This document shows, one piece after another, positions 17,141 to 26,573 of a DNA stretch of 64,000 bases. Below the pieces are notes generated by a model, which was not told where the DNA came from, ran no database searches, and was given only the letters and a program-made list of their open reading frames with translations. The translations under genes were made by a program, and so were the position numbers. Position 1 is the stretch's first letter, and each line of letters begins with the position of its first letter. The stretch spans positions 928,001-992,000 of the forward strand of contig OZ240211.1 of the NCBI GenBank assembly GCA_965197525.1, written 5' to 3'. Origin of the DNA: Nitrosopumilus sp. (GTDB lineage Archaea; Thermoproteota; Nitrososphaeria; Nitrososphaerales; Nitrosopumilaceae).

Positions 17141-17164
17141 CCCGATAACTTCACAGAACCCCAT

Positions 17165-17986
17165 TTACGTACCAATAGTGATATCATCTGTGCAGTATCG
17201 TCTCAGAGTTTCGATTGCAGACAGGATAGCCAGCCTGCTAGTCTTAGGATTTAGAGAATCAGGATAGTTTTCAATGGTAAAAATCATCGCACCAAATTTG
17301 CCTTTAGCCTGTATATGATGAGTATTTTTTGTAGAATCCGGATCTGCTACTATCTTTACAAACGTCTTTTCACTGCCAATTCCAGATAGTGATAATAGTG
17401 CTGCAACGTTAATGTTGGCAGGAAACAAATGTACTGCCTCTTTGGCAGCACCCTGAAAGATTGTCGTTGGTGTAGATATAGAGTCCAAGTCCATAGGACA
17501 TTTCTCAAAGAACTTTGCACCTTTAAGAGAACGAGGATGTTTGGTAGTGGTTATTGACAAAGTCTCCAGCTCTGATTTGACTGATTTGATCCCATCCAAT
17601 CCGGCAATAGCCCCTGATGGTAAAATTATTCTTTTCTTAAAATCCCTACAAGCATCAGACAGTATATCATAGACTGACTCGTCTAGCAATGCACCAACGC
17701 TCATAATCATTAGATCACGCTTGTTTTGCAAAACACTTAGTGCAACATCGCGTACGGCATCTTGAGATGCGGCCTCAACTACAATGTTGAGTGGATGGGA
17801 GGACAGTAAATGAGAGTTTTCAACAATTTCAGGTTTGTTTACTAGTTTTTCAACCAAAGACGTAGATGCCTCTTTTGAATCATCATATACATGGGTAATT
17901 ATTGCTGCTGGGATTTTACCAGAGTCAACTGCAAGAGCTATCTGGGTTCCAATTGCACCGCATCCTAAGAGGCCTATTCGTATCAA
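17165..17986 (-). CDS. nadX: L-aspartate dehydrogenase
   Basis: GLLGCGAIG, VEAAS, SVGAL, PSGAIAGLD, FPANINVAA, NPKTSRLA; next to nadA. Confidence 0.93.
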   Translation of the reverse strand: MIRIGLLGCGAIGTQIALAVDSGKIPAAIITHVYDDSKEASTSLVEKLVNKPEIVENSHLLSSHPLNIVVEAASQDAVRDVALSVLQNKRDLMIMSVGALLDESVYDILSDACRDFKKRIILPSGAIAGLDGIKSVKSELETLSITTTKHPRSLKGAKFFEKCPMDLDSISTPTTIFQGAAKEAVHLFPANINVAALLSLSGIGSEKTFVKIVADPDSTKNTHHIQAKGKFGAMIFTIENYPDSLNPKTSRLAILSAIETLRRYCTDDITIGT

Positions 17987-18053
17987 ACAATACTATTAGA
18001 GAAATGGGGTTATTAATAATTCACCCAAGTAGAAATGCGCTCCAACGTGGATA

Positions 18054-18620
18054 TCAACGTGGTTTTGGATTATGCTTGAGTGAGGGTCGGGCATGTTTTT
18101 TTAATACATATTCTGTAGTTTGTAATAGTGTTTGAGTTTGAGGATAGGATGTATCTTCAAGAAGACCGTCTTTGATTGCTGAGAGATAACGTCTATGGGG
18201 TTTGATTATTCGTGATTTTTTTGATGCTGATACATCACTATAGTTTTTTAGATCACTCAGGTCAGCTGAGATATCACATAGTTTGACTAATTTGGCAGCA
18301 GGAGAGGATTTTGCAAGTTGTTTTACATAGGCCTGCTCTCTCTTTTTTCTTGGTAATGACATGTCTTGAGTCAAATCAGATACCAATACCGTGATTTTGC
18401 TACCAAACTGCTCATACAGATCATCAAAACTGGTATTAGTGTGATACAGGATAGCGTGTAGCCAGCCAGAACAAAGGACATCTTCATCTACAACACCCAA
18501 ACTCTTAAGCCTGTTTACCACATCTTCCAGATGCTTAGAATAAGGAGTTTTTCCATCTATCGTGGTAATTCCAGAGTATCTCTTTTTTGCAAATAATTCA
18601 GCGCTTTTTAATAACTCCAA
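18054..18620 (-). CDS. HD-domain (RelA/SpoT hydrolase, Mesh1-like) protein with degenerate metal-binding motif
   Basis: PY..H...V, FG..I..LV..LT.D, A.LVKL.D...; expected LHD..ED reads LHAILYH. Confidence 0.7.
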   Translation of the reverse strand: MELLKSAELFAKKRYSGITTIDGKTPYSKHLEDVVNRLKSLGVVDEDVLCSGWLHAILYHTNTSFDDLYEQFGSKITVLVSDLTQDMSLPRKKREQAYVKQLAKSSPAAKLVKLCDISADLSDLKNYSDVSASKKSRIIKPHRRYLSAIKDGLLEDTSYPQTQTLLQTTEYVLKKHARPSLKHNPKPR

Positions 18621-18759
18621 ACTTCTAACATGTAAAATACAGCTAGGTAATATTATGTTAGAGAAGAGTCAAGGTAGTAGAATCAACCCAGCAGTAAAAT
18701 AATTGATAGTCAACAGGCTGCTGCTGTTTGTGGTTTGGTTACAGCAGAAGAAGAAATAT

Positions 18760-19215
18760 CTACTCAACATTAACTGTGCCGACCATCCATGGATGAACTA
18801 TACAAAAATACTCAAAAGTGCCGGGATCATCAAATGTATACTCAAAGGATTCTCCTGGAGGAAACAGTGAAGAATCAAAAATATCGGTAATACCAACATC
18901 GAAATTGCCGCTAGTTACAGTGTGTGCAATATTATCATCATTACTCCAAGAAACAGTCGTGCCCGCAGTAACGGTAGGGTTAGAATCTGAATAACAAGCA
19001 TCATCTACTTCACATCCAGGAAGTCCAGAATCCAAGAGAATTGAGATATGCAAAGTTGCTGGTAAGACTGGTACATCAACAGCGGGATCAACTGCAGGAT
19101 TAATTGCTACTGATTGTGGCACACTCTGAGGATCCATGGCAATGAATCCCAAAGATATCGCAACAAGAACACCAACAAAAGCTATTACACCGTATGCAAA
19201 ATTCATTTTATCCAC
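18760..19215 (-). CDS. Membrane-anchored blue-copper (plastocyanin/cupredoxin) protein
   Basis: N-terminal TM; W.N.D..AHTVTSG; YFCIVHPWM.G. Confidence 0.9.
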   Translation of the reverse strand: MDKMNFAYGVIAFVGVLVAISLGFIAMDPQSVPQSVAINPAVDPAVDVPVLPATLHISILLDSGLPGCEVDDACYSDSNPTVTAGTTVSWSNDDNIAHTVTSGNFDVGITDIFDSSLFPPGESFEYTFDDPGTFEYFCIVHPWMVGTVNVE

Positions 19216-19699
19216 CTGTCAGTTTGGCAAACTTTTCGTTCTTACCTAACTTTTCCATAAATTCAATATTAGACAAAGCTACGATTGCTGATTCTACAAC
19301 TGGTTTATCAGGATCGTTTAACGCTTTCTTTAATGCATCTTTTGCTTGTTTTGAACCAACTACACCTAAAGCAATAGCGGCTTCATGACGAACAAACATA
19401 CTAGAATCATTAAGTGTTGCGTCAGTTAAAGGAGGAATAGCGCTAGAATAGGACATTTGTCCTAATGAGAATGCGGCTTCATGACGAACTAGTTCGTTTT
19501 CGTCATCTTTTAAGACTTTGGCAATATGAGGAATTTTATCTTCCCCACCAAAGTCAACCAAGATACAAGTAGCTCTAGTTCTTACTACAAAATCGGGATG
19601 ATTTAACAAGGATACAAAATATTCAGTGTTACATTGTTCATAATTTTGTTCCATCTCAGATAATATGGCTAATCTATCATCAGTAGTTACAGTCTGCAA
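19208..19699 (-). CDS. HEAT/PBS-lyase repeat protein
   Basis: LVRHEAAFSLG and FVRHEAAIALG repeats. Confidence 0.85.
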   Translation of the reverse strand: MQTVTTDDRLAILSEMEQNYEQCNTEYFVSLLNHPDFVVRTRATCILVDFGGEDKIPHIAKVLKDDENELVRHEAAFSLGQMSYSSAIPPLTDATLNDSSMFVRHEAAIALGVVGSKQAKDALKKALNDPDKPVVESAIVALSNIEFMEKLGKNEKFAKLTGG

Positions 19700-19932
19700 T
19701 TTATTTTGAGATTTTTTGTGTCCTATATTAGGTTACTTGAAAAAAAACACAACTATAGTCGTATTATGATATTTTTGCTATATACAATTACTTAGTTTGT
19801 GCTGAGAGATTATAGTAGAACGCTACAAAGATAAAAAAATACAAAAAATTTGATGTGCGAGGATGGGTCAGTGTGTGAGAAGAGATCAAAGTTCAGAGCT
19901 ATGTATTTAATGGAAAAAATACAAATCACATT

Positions 19933-20598
19933 ATGAGCGTGGTAATTGGTCAACAAGCACCAAATTTTGGAGTATCAGAGTGGGTGCAAGGAACACCCAC
20001 AAATTTTGATAAAGAAAACGATCACATAGTGCTATTGGAGGTTTTTCAGGTAAACTGCCCCGGATGTTTCATGCATGCGATTCCTGAGGCAATCAACATT
20101 TACAACAAATACAAAGACGAGGGTGTCAGAGTTTTAGGACTTGCTACTGCTTTTGAGGATTTTGATAAAAATACGTTAGATAATCTAAAGATGCTTGCAG
20201 AGACAGGCAAGGTAATTGGTGAGACAAAATCAGCACTTGCTGCATATGGTAAGTTGCAAGATGGGGACAGACTAAGTTACAAGATTCCATTTCCACTAGG
20301 AATGGATAGCCTGACAAAGACCCCAGAAACTGCAAGTCAGGAAAAGATAATGGAGATCATCTACCAGCAGATTCCCGAATTTGATGCATATCAAAAAGAA
20401 CACAAGGAAGGGATCATACAAAGAGTGAGGGATTACTTGAGTGCAAAAGAGTATTCAGCTGAAACGTTTGAAAAATATTCGCTACGAGGGACCCCATCAA
20501 CTATTGTAGTTGACAGAAGAGGAATTCTCAGAGATGTATCATTTGGTCAGACCGGACATTTGGATTCTATGATTCAAAAGCTAATTAACGAAGGATGA
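19933..20598 (+). CDS. Thioredoxin-fold AhpC/TSA-like redoxin
   Basis: FQVNCPGC; GTPSTIVVDR.G.LR. Confidence 0.8.
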   Translation: MSVVIGQQAPNFGVSEWVQGTPTNFDKENDHIVLLEVFQVNCPGCFMHAIPEAINIYNKYKDEGVRVLGLATAFEDFDKNTLDNLKMLAETGKVIGETKSALAAYGKLQDGDRLSYKIPFPLGMDSLTKTPETASQEKIMEIIYQQIPEFDAYQKEHKEGIIQRVRDYLSAKEYSAETFEKYSLRGTPSTIVVDRRGILRDVSFGQTGHLDSMIQKLINEG

Positions 20599-20751
20599 GT
20601 CACCTTGTCAAGAAAAGCACTAGTGACAAGAGTGCAACGACAGCAAACCCGCTTACAAGAGCAATTTTTGCATTATCCATGCTGCTAATTTACCAAAGTG
20701 TAATAAAAATAAAGCTGAATTGTGCTACTACCGTTAAAAGACATACTGCAT

Positions 20752-21303
20752 CTATCTCTGTTTGTTCTTCTTTAGTTTTAGCAGATATAGTACTGCAATA
20801 ACGGCTGCGATAAGAGATAGAATTAGAACCAACAACTCCAAAGTAGCAGAATCATATTTCTCTGAGATTGGCATAACGGATTGCACAGTATTCGTAGGAA
20901 CTAGACCAAAGAGATGCGTAGTTCCAGTAATCGTTATAGTGTTTTCGCCAGAACCGATAAAATTCAAGGTTATAAAAGAAATTTTTTGGTTGTCGTGTAC
21001 GGTTGGGTGGTAGGCCTCTCCATTTAGAGAGAATGTCAAATTACCACCCAAGAGATCTTTTGGAAGAATAACTTCACCTAAATTATCTTCCAAACTACTA
21101 GAGATAAAAAGTGCTAATGTTTTTTCCTCCTCGTTAAACGTAAAATCAGGAATGCCGAAATTGGCAACTACTTGAACCGGAAAAACATATCCGCTTGCAG
21201 ATACATCCAGATTATGTACAAATCCAGTGGCATCAGACAGTTGGCCATACACAGGTGTCACGGTAACTACTGAAAGCAATACTAGAAGTATTATGATCTT
21301 CAA
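20752..21303 (-). CDS. Exported protein with C-terminal membrane anchor, function unknown
   Basis: Signal peptide; LGEV..P..LLGG motif; TM helix plus basic tail. Confidence 0.7.
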   Translation of the reverse strand: MKIIILLVLLSVVTVTPVYGQLSDATGFVHNLDVSASGYVFPVQVVANFGIPDFTFNEEEKTLALFISSSLEDNLGEVILPKDLLGGNLTFSLNGEAYHPTVHDNQKISFITLNFIGSGENTITITGTTHLFGLVPTNTVQSVMPISEKYDSATLELLVLILSLIAAVIAVLYLLKLKKNKQR

Positions 21304-21304
21304 T

Positions 21305-21763
21305 TTATACAGCGCTAGCTACGACTCTTTTGCTAAGCTCTTTATCCTGTACAATTCTAGGATGGGAAGGATCAGCTAGAATAACTTCAAACCAGTAATG
21401 CTTTCCATCTTTATAGATAAAGTAAGATCCCAGTAATTTCATGTTCGGATATCTCTGAAGAACCCTTCTATCAGCAACTGTCTTCATGTTATCGTCTGCT
21501 TTGATTCTTGTAACACCCAAATGTTTTGGCCTTCTACCTCCAGTGGGTCTCTGCTTCCTCATACCACCTGTACCAACTCTCATTCGAACAACAACAATGC
21601 CTTGTTTGGCTTTGTAACCCAGTCTTCTAGCCCTCTGTAATCGACTAGGTTTGTCAATACGAGTGACAGCTGGCTGTTTACGCCATCCTACTACGCGTTG
21701 ACGAATATCAATAGAGTTCTCTCTCCACAATCTAATCCAAGTTTGATCCTGGTAACTAGGCAT
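21305..21763 (-). CDS. rpl15e: 50S ribosomal protein L15e
   Basis: RL.RARRLGYKAKQG.VVVR.RV; YPN...LGSY; W.EVIL.DP.HP. Confidence 0.96.
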   Translation of the reverse strand: MPSYQDQTWIRLWRENSIDIRQRVVGWRKQPAVTRIDKPSRLQRARRLGYKAKQGIVVVRMRVGTGGMRKQRPTGGRRPKHLGVTRIKADDNMKTVADRRVLQRYPNMKLLGSYFIYKDGKHYWFEVILADPSHPRIVQDKELSKRVVASAV

Positions 21764-22048
21764 ATCCTAAATTAAAAAACGCCCTTTAATAACTGTAAAT
21801 CGAGAGATAGGCATGCCGTGATTTATTGAATTAAAACCTCTTTGAGCATGAAGTGTAATTTACACACTCAAAGAGAGATCGTCTCCGCAGAAAACACGAT
21901 AAACAAGGTATGCAGACACAATTAAAAAAGATTTGCAAATAATCGTAACGAAACATAGTCCGGTATTCAAATAAAATTTGGGAACAGATAGATATTATAC
22001 AAAATTATACCGATCTGAGATTTTTATTGAACAACATATCCAGAGATA

Positions 22049-22711
22049 TTGATGAAGATAACAAGAGGAGTGTCGTTAGTATTTTTAGCAATAATAACCA
22101 TGGTGTCTCTCCCACCAGTTTATGCAGAGCAGACAGTAGCAATAGTAATGGAAAAAACAGTGTATGAGTATTGCGAAAAACTATTTTACACTATCCAAGT
22201 CTCAGAAGTCACAGGAGATTCTGCAATTATCCATATCAGAGATGAGTCAGGTGGACAGAGCAGTGCGATTCCAATTCCAATAACAGGCCTACAAACCCCA
22301 GTCCCATCGGTAGTTGCTTTTGAAGCAGAAATTTTTCCGCTAGGAAAATATTTCATTGATGTAGAGTATTCAGGGGCAAAATCTAGTGCAGAATTTGAAC
22401 TAGTAGAATCCAATGCAAGTTGCATTCCACAAGTAATGAAAACGATAACGGCAAACTGGTTATCAGGAAAAATTTCAGATGGATTTTTACTTGATGCGTT
22501 TAAGAAATATGTGGATGATGAATTAATAGACATACCTTTAGAGATCACTAGAGACAATGTTTACAAGTTAGACATACCAGAGTGGGTAAAAAACTTGGGA
22601 TATTGGTGGCTAACAGAAGAGATAACAGAGAATGCCTTTGTTGAGGCGATCAATTACATGATAAAGAATAACATTATAGGATTTCCAATGGATGTAGGAA
22701 ATAAGACATGA
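22049..22711 (+). CDS. Secreted protein with thaumarchaeal IPEWVKN..YWW C-terminal module
   Basis: Signal peptide; IPEWVKNLGYWW...F..AI.Y.I..NII. Confidence 0.7.
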   Translation: MMKITRGVSLVFLAIITMVSLPPVYAEQTVAIVMEKTVYEYCEKLFYTIQVSEVTGDSAIIHIRDESGGQSSAIPIPITGLQTPVPSVVAFEAEIFPLGKYFIDVEYSGAKSSAEFELVESNASCIPQVMKTITANWLSGKISDGFLLDAFKKYVDDELIDIPLEITRDNVYKLDIPEWVKNLGYWWLTEEITENAFVEAINYMIKNNIIGFPMDVGNKT

Positions 22712-23223
22712 ACAAATATTCGGTTATCACAGTCATAGCAATAATAGTTATTATTATTCCATTTGCACATTCAGGATGGAATATTTTTGCAGGACAGCAG
22801 CTAGAGTACAGATGGGATAGTCCGGGTCTGTTTTCATTTTTTACATTTTCTAATCATGGAGAGATAGAATTCTGCAACGCGATGCCATTTTGGACAAATG
22901 TTCAGCAATTTGAAATTTTAACATTCTATGACGAAGTATATCTTGGATCATTTGTGATAAATCCATTTACAGTCAACCCGTATTCATCGACCATACAGAC
23001 AGGGGATTTTATTGCAGAGGATCTCTTGGCAGCACAGCATGTTTTTATGACAATGGATTTTGAGTTCGATGGTGGAGATATAAGGCTTGATCCTAACAAG
23101 ATGATTGTCATAACAGAGATAGATACTCCAATAATGGGAATAATTCCGTATTCATCTACAAATCAGATATCGGGATTTGAGTTGGACAGAATTATGAATT
23201 CAGAAGATCTGTCTTGTAATTAA
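22708..23223 (+). CDS. Hypothetical membrane-anchored protein
   Basis: N-terminal TM; ATGA overlap with upstream gene. Confidence 0.65.
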   Translation: MNKYSVITVIAIIVIIIPFAHSGWNIFAGQQLEYRWDSPGLFSFFTFSNHGEIEFCNAMPFWTNVQQFEILTFYDEVYLGSFVINPFTVNPYSSTIQTGDFIAEDLLAAQHVFMTMDFEFDGGDIRLDPNKMIVITEIDTPIMGIIPYSSTNQISGFELDRIMNSEDLSCN

Positions 23224-23254
23224 ATCAGATTAGCAAGTGTTACACTACCGGCAA

Positions 23255-24145
23255 TTATTTACGTTGATGTGCTTTGGATATCAATCCAATAAAAACTGCA
23301 ATGGCACCTGCAATTATAAATGCAGCAACGGCACCAAGAACAAGTCCTTTATCTGATACAGACTTGGAAGATGTTGGTTGTTGTGTGGACTCTGAAGCAA
23401 GAACACATACACCATCTTCTAGAATAGTGCCAGGTCCGCATCGCTCATCTAATACACATACACCATCTTCTAGAATAGTGCCAGGTCCGCATTTTGATTC
23501 AGATGTTTCATCCATAGAGAGATCAGAATCCATAGACGTTGAGTCTTTCTCTCCGGTATCTGACATTGCGCCAGATTGCTCTGCATCTGAGGGTATGGTG
23601 TCCGGAATCACAGGATCTTCTTCTAGTTGATCAGTAACGGTATCCTCGATAGATGGAGGAGGTGGTGGTGGAGCAGGAATATCAGGACCAAGTTTGGATC
23701 CAATAATCTCTAATTCTTCAGAACCGCTAGGTAGTCGAATGGATAAAGTTCTATACTCATCAGTACTTTCAGTTTCTGTATAACGTAGTTCGTCACCGTC
23801 AATTAAAATGAAAAATGGTTCACCTAATCCACTAGTATCAAAAAATTCACGGTCAAACGTAATAGTTAAGAATCCAGCTAGATCAATCAAGTTGACATCT
23901 ATGATCAAAGAGTTGGCAGGCAGATCAGGTGTAATGTCAGTTACAGTCATTCCAAGTACTGTGTACTCGATATCAAATGATTCACCTCGAACATCAACAG
24001 TGATGGTTTCAGCATATACTGACGCAAAAGGAATTAACGTAAGAAGAGCAAGTCCGAGTGAGAGCGTCAATACAAGATTACTGTTAACAGGATAGCGTGT
24101 TAGTATGGACTGTAACATAGTTGTATCGTGATTCTCACTCATCAT
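23255..24145 (-). CDS. Surface protein with two CGPGTILEDGVCVL repeats and C-terminal TM anchor
   Basis: Signal peptide, Pro/acidic linker, duplicated Cys motif. Confidence 0.75.
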   Translation of the reverse strand: MMSENHDTTMLQSILTRYPVNSNLVLTLSLGLALLTLIPFASVYAETITVDVRGESFDIEYTVLGMTVTDITPDLPANSLIIDVNLIDLAGFLTITFDREFFDTSGLGEPFFILIDGDELRYTETESTDEYRTLSIRLPSGSEELEIIGSKLGPDIPAPPPPPPSIEDTVTDQLEEDPVIPDTIPSDAEQSGAMSDTGEKDSTSMDSDLSMDETSESKCGPGTILEDGVCVLDERCGPGTILEDGVCVLASESTQQPTSSKSVSDKGLVLGAVAAFIIAGAIAVFIGLISKAHQRK

Positions 24146-24247
24146 ATTTTAAACTTTGAATTGATCTTAAAATGAATAGTATATAATAAATTACACAAGA
24201 GTCAAACTTTTTCACTTATTTGGGAATAGATCCAAGTCATTAAAAGA

Positions 24248-25186
24248 CTAGATGACACCACGCAGTATCTGAACAATCTTTTCAGCTATAACGTTTGCTG
24301 CCAGAGATTGGGCTTCTTTTGTTTGGGCACCGATATGAGGTGTTAAAATAACACTGTCTAGTTGGGCTAGTTTATTCCCAATTGCAGGTTCTTTCTCAAA
24401 GACATCAAGAGCTGCACCGCCCAAAGTGCCATTGCTGAGGGCATCATACAAAGCATCTTCATCAACAACACCGCCTCTAGAGGTATTGATGATCTTGGCA
24501 GTGTCCTTCATCATAGACATCTTTTCTGCATTAAGAAGATGGTATGTAGAGTCAAGCAAGGGAACGTGAATTGAGATATAGTCTGAGCTTTGTAATAAAG
24601 TGTCAAGGTCAGCCTTCATTAGACCAACCTCTTTTGAAAATTCGGCATCAATAGGAATCACATCATAGCCAATAATGTTCATATTAAATCCACGGGCAAG
24701 TCTTGCCAATCTCTTTCCGATGTTTCCCAGACCTATAATTCCAAGATACTTTCCGCGCAGTTCAGTTCCCTTTAGTTCTTTTTTGAGCCATTGTTGATTC
24801 CTTATTGCTCTATCGCCCCTTGCAGTCTGTCTTGCAAGTGATAACATTAAACCTAAAACCAGTTCTGCGACAGCATTCATCGCTCCTTCTACAGCGTTAA
24901 TTACACGAATATCTTTTGCGTTAGCTGCTTTTTGATCTATGTTGTCGAGTCCAACCCCAACACGAGCAATAATCTTACAATTATCAGCTTTTTCAATCAT
25001 CTCTTGGGTAATGGTAGTTCTACTACGAACAATTATAATATTAAACTCAGAGATCGTATCGAGAATTTGTGTAGCAGTAATTTCAGGTTGATAAGACACG
25101 CGTAGTCCATTATCTGATAAAATTTTTTCAAGTATTGGATCAACCTGATCACATATCAGAACAGAATCATCAAATCCCATAATCAA
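24248..25186 (-). CDS. serA: D-isomer 2-hydroxyacid dehydrogenase (D-3-phosphoglycerate dehydrogenase-like)
   Basis: ARVGVGLDNID, GIIGLGNIG, INTSRG, LDVF..EP, TPHIGAQT. Confidence 0.85.
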   Translation of the reverse strand: MIMGFDDSVLICDQVDPILEKILSDNGLRVSYQPEITATQILDTISEFNIIIVRSRTTITQEMIEKADNCKIIARVGVGLDNIDQKAANAKDIRVINAVEGAMNAVAELVLGLMLSLARQTARGDRAIRNQQWLKKELKGTELRGKYLGIIGLGNIGKRLARLARGFNMNIIGYDVIPIDAEFSKEVGLMKADLDTLLQSSDYISIHVPLLDSTYHLLNAEKMSMMKDTAKIINTSRGGVVDEDALYDALSNGTLGGAALDVFEKEPAIGNKLAQLDSVILTPHIGAQTKEAQSLAANVIAEKIVQILRGVI

Positions 25187-25215
25187 ATGATGTGTAATAC
25201 AGCATATATTTCATA

Positions 25216-26529
25216 GGTTCTGTTGCATTAACGAGTGGTGTTATTAACAATAACAATCACTCAGAACACTGGACTTTGACATATCGACTATCTGGATTAC
25301 CGGTATACAGGGTTCCATCATAGCTGACTCAAAAACGTCAGACTGCGCTTCACTTATGCCATCTCTACTATCCCTAAACCTAGGGGACAGTTTGCGTGAT
25401 ATGTTCATGGCAGCTATAATGTCTCTGTCCATGAATAATCCGCAATTATTACACGACATTTTACGATGTTGTTGCATGTCCTCTTGGAGTTTCTTTCCGC
25501 ATCTTGGACATTGCGTGCTCGTGCGTTTTGGGTATACAAATTTGACTGGGAGCCCGACCCATTGGGCTTTGTATTCTATTTGGCGTTGTAACTCGTAGAA
25601 TTGCCAGCCATTCAATCTACGTCTATACTTGTTTCCTTGACCATTTCCTTTCTTGTACAATTTTCTTATTCCTTTCAAGTTTTCTAACACAATTACAGCC
25701 TTTTTACTAACGGCATTATCCACAATATCTTTTGATATTTTGTGTATGTATTGTTTTGTTCTATTGGCCATTCTTTGCTGTTTTATCTTCCAGAATTGAC
25801 CTTTTTTTCTATTGTCATTTCTGTGAAAACCAGCTCTTGCATGTATTGTGTTCTCTTTGATAGATAACAGTTTGTTAGTTTTATAGAACATTACTTTTTC
25901 ATCATTCCCACATGTGACATTTCTAAGGTTTCTGTCTATACCTATTACATTAGAGCACTCTATCTCTTCTATTTGTTTTGAGACACAAATACTAATGGTA
26001 CCATCATTTAATGAAAATGAACGTATAGTTAATTCAGGGTCAGATAGAATATTTTGAGTGTGATCATTTAACAGTATATTGATAGGTTGTCTGTTCTTGA
26101 ATGGTATTGTTAGTAGTGCACCATTGTGTTTTATACCGTAACAATTAGTGATAAATGGCTTTTTTATTTTTGGATATTTAACTTTGACGCCACGTTTTAT
26201 TGATTGCCTTCTGTTTGATAGCATGCCGGCAGCCCTTGATATTGCACAGATTTTATATGTTGATAAAATATCGTATTGATTTAACTCATGATAACACAGA
26301 TAGGACAACCGTTTCATATTGCACACATCTTCTTTTAGTCCTATTCTAATGGAAAGGTTTACCATTTCTATGAATGTATCCATCAACTCTTTTAGTTCAG
26401 AGTTTGGCGTATGCTTTTGTGTTATTGATTTTATGGCTTGCACGTTATAAATTACAAGGTTTGTTTTTAATAAAAGTGCTTTTTTTATTTATTTGGTTCT
26501 ATTTTACCACTAGTGAATGCAACAGAGCC
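25216..26529 (-). mobile_element. TIR/TSD-bounded non-autonomous element carrying only tnpB (element B, 1314 bp)
   Basis: TIR GGTTCTGTTGCATTAACGAGTGGT / rc GGCTCTGTTGCATTCACTAGTGGT (21/24); 8-bp TSD ATTTCATA at 25208-25215 and 26530-26537. Confidence 0.92.
25244..26443 (-). CDS. tnpB: TnpB RNA-guided nuclease, RuvC catalytic motifs intact
   Basis: GIDRN, IVLENL, CPRCG..CNNCG, DRD..AA.NI; homologous along its whole length to 15945-17138. Confidence 0.93.
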   Translation of the reverse strand: MQAIKSITQKHTPNSELKELMDTFIEMVNLSIRIGLKEDVCNMKRLSYLCYHELNQYDILSTYKICAISRAAGMLSNRRQSIKRGVKVKYPKIKKPFITNCYGIKHNGALLTIPFKNRQPINILLNDHTQNILSDPELTIRSFSLNDGTISICVSKQIEEIECSNVIGIDRNLRNVTCGNDEKVMFYKTNKLLSIKENTIHARAGFHRNDNRKKGQFWKIKQQRMANRTKQYIHKISKDIVDNAVSKKAVIVLENLKGIRKLYKKGNGQGNKYRRRLNGWQFYELQRQIEYKAQWVGLPVKFVYPKRTSTQCPRCGKKLQEDMQQHRKMSCNNCGLFMDRDIIAAMNISRKLSPRFRDSRDGISEAQSDVFESAMMEPCIPVIQIVDMSKSSVLSDCYC

Positions 26530-26573
26530 ATTTCATACAAAATAATAAAAAAGAAAAAAAGATGTTTATACAA

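Larger units (their letters stand above)
15873..17160 (+). mobile_element. TIR/TSD-bounded non-autonomous element carrying only tnpB (element A, 1288 bp)
   Basis: Perfect 20-bp TIR GGTTCTGTGAAGTTATCGGG (25/27 extended); 8-bp TSD CCATTTAC at 15865-15872 and 17161-17168. Confidence 0.93.
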
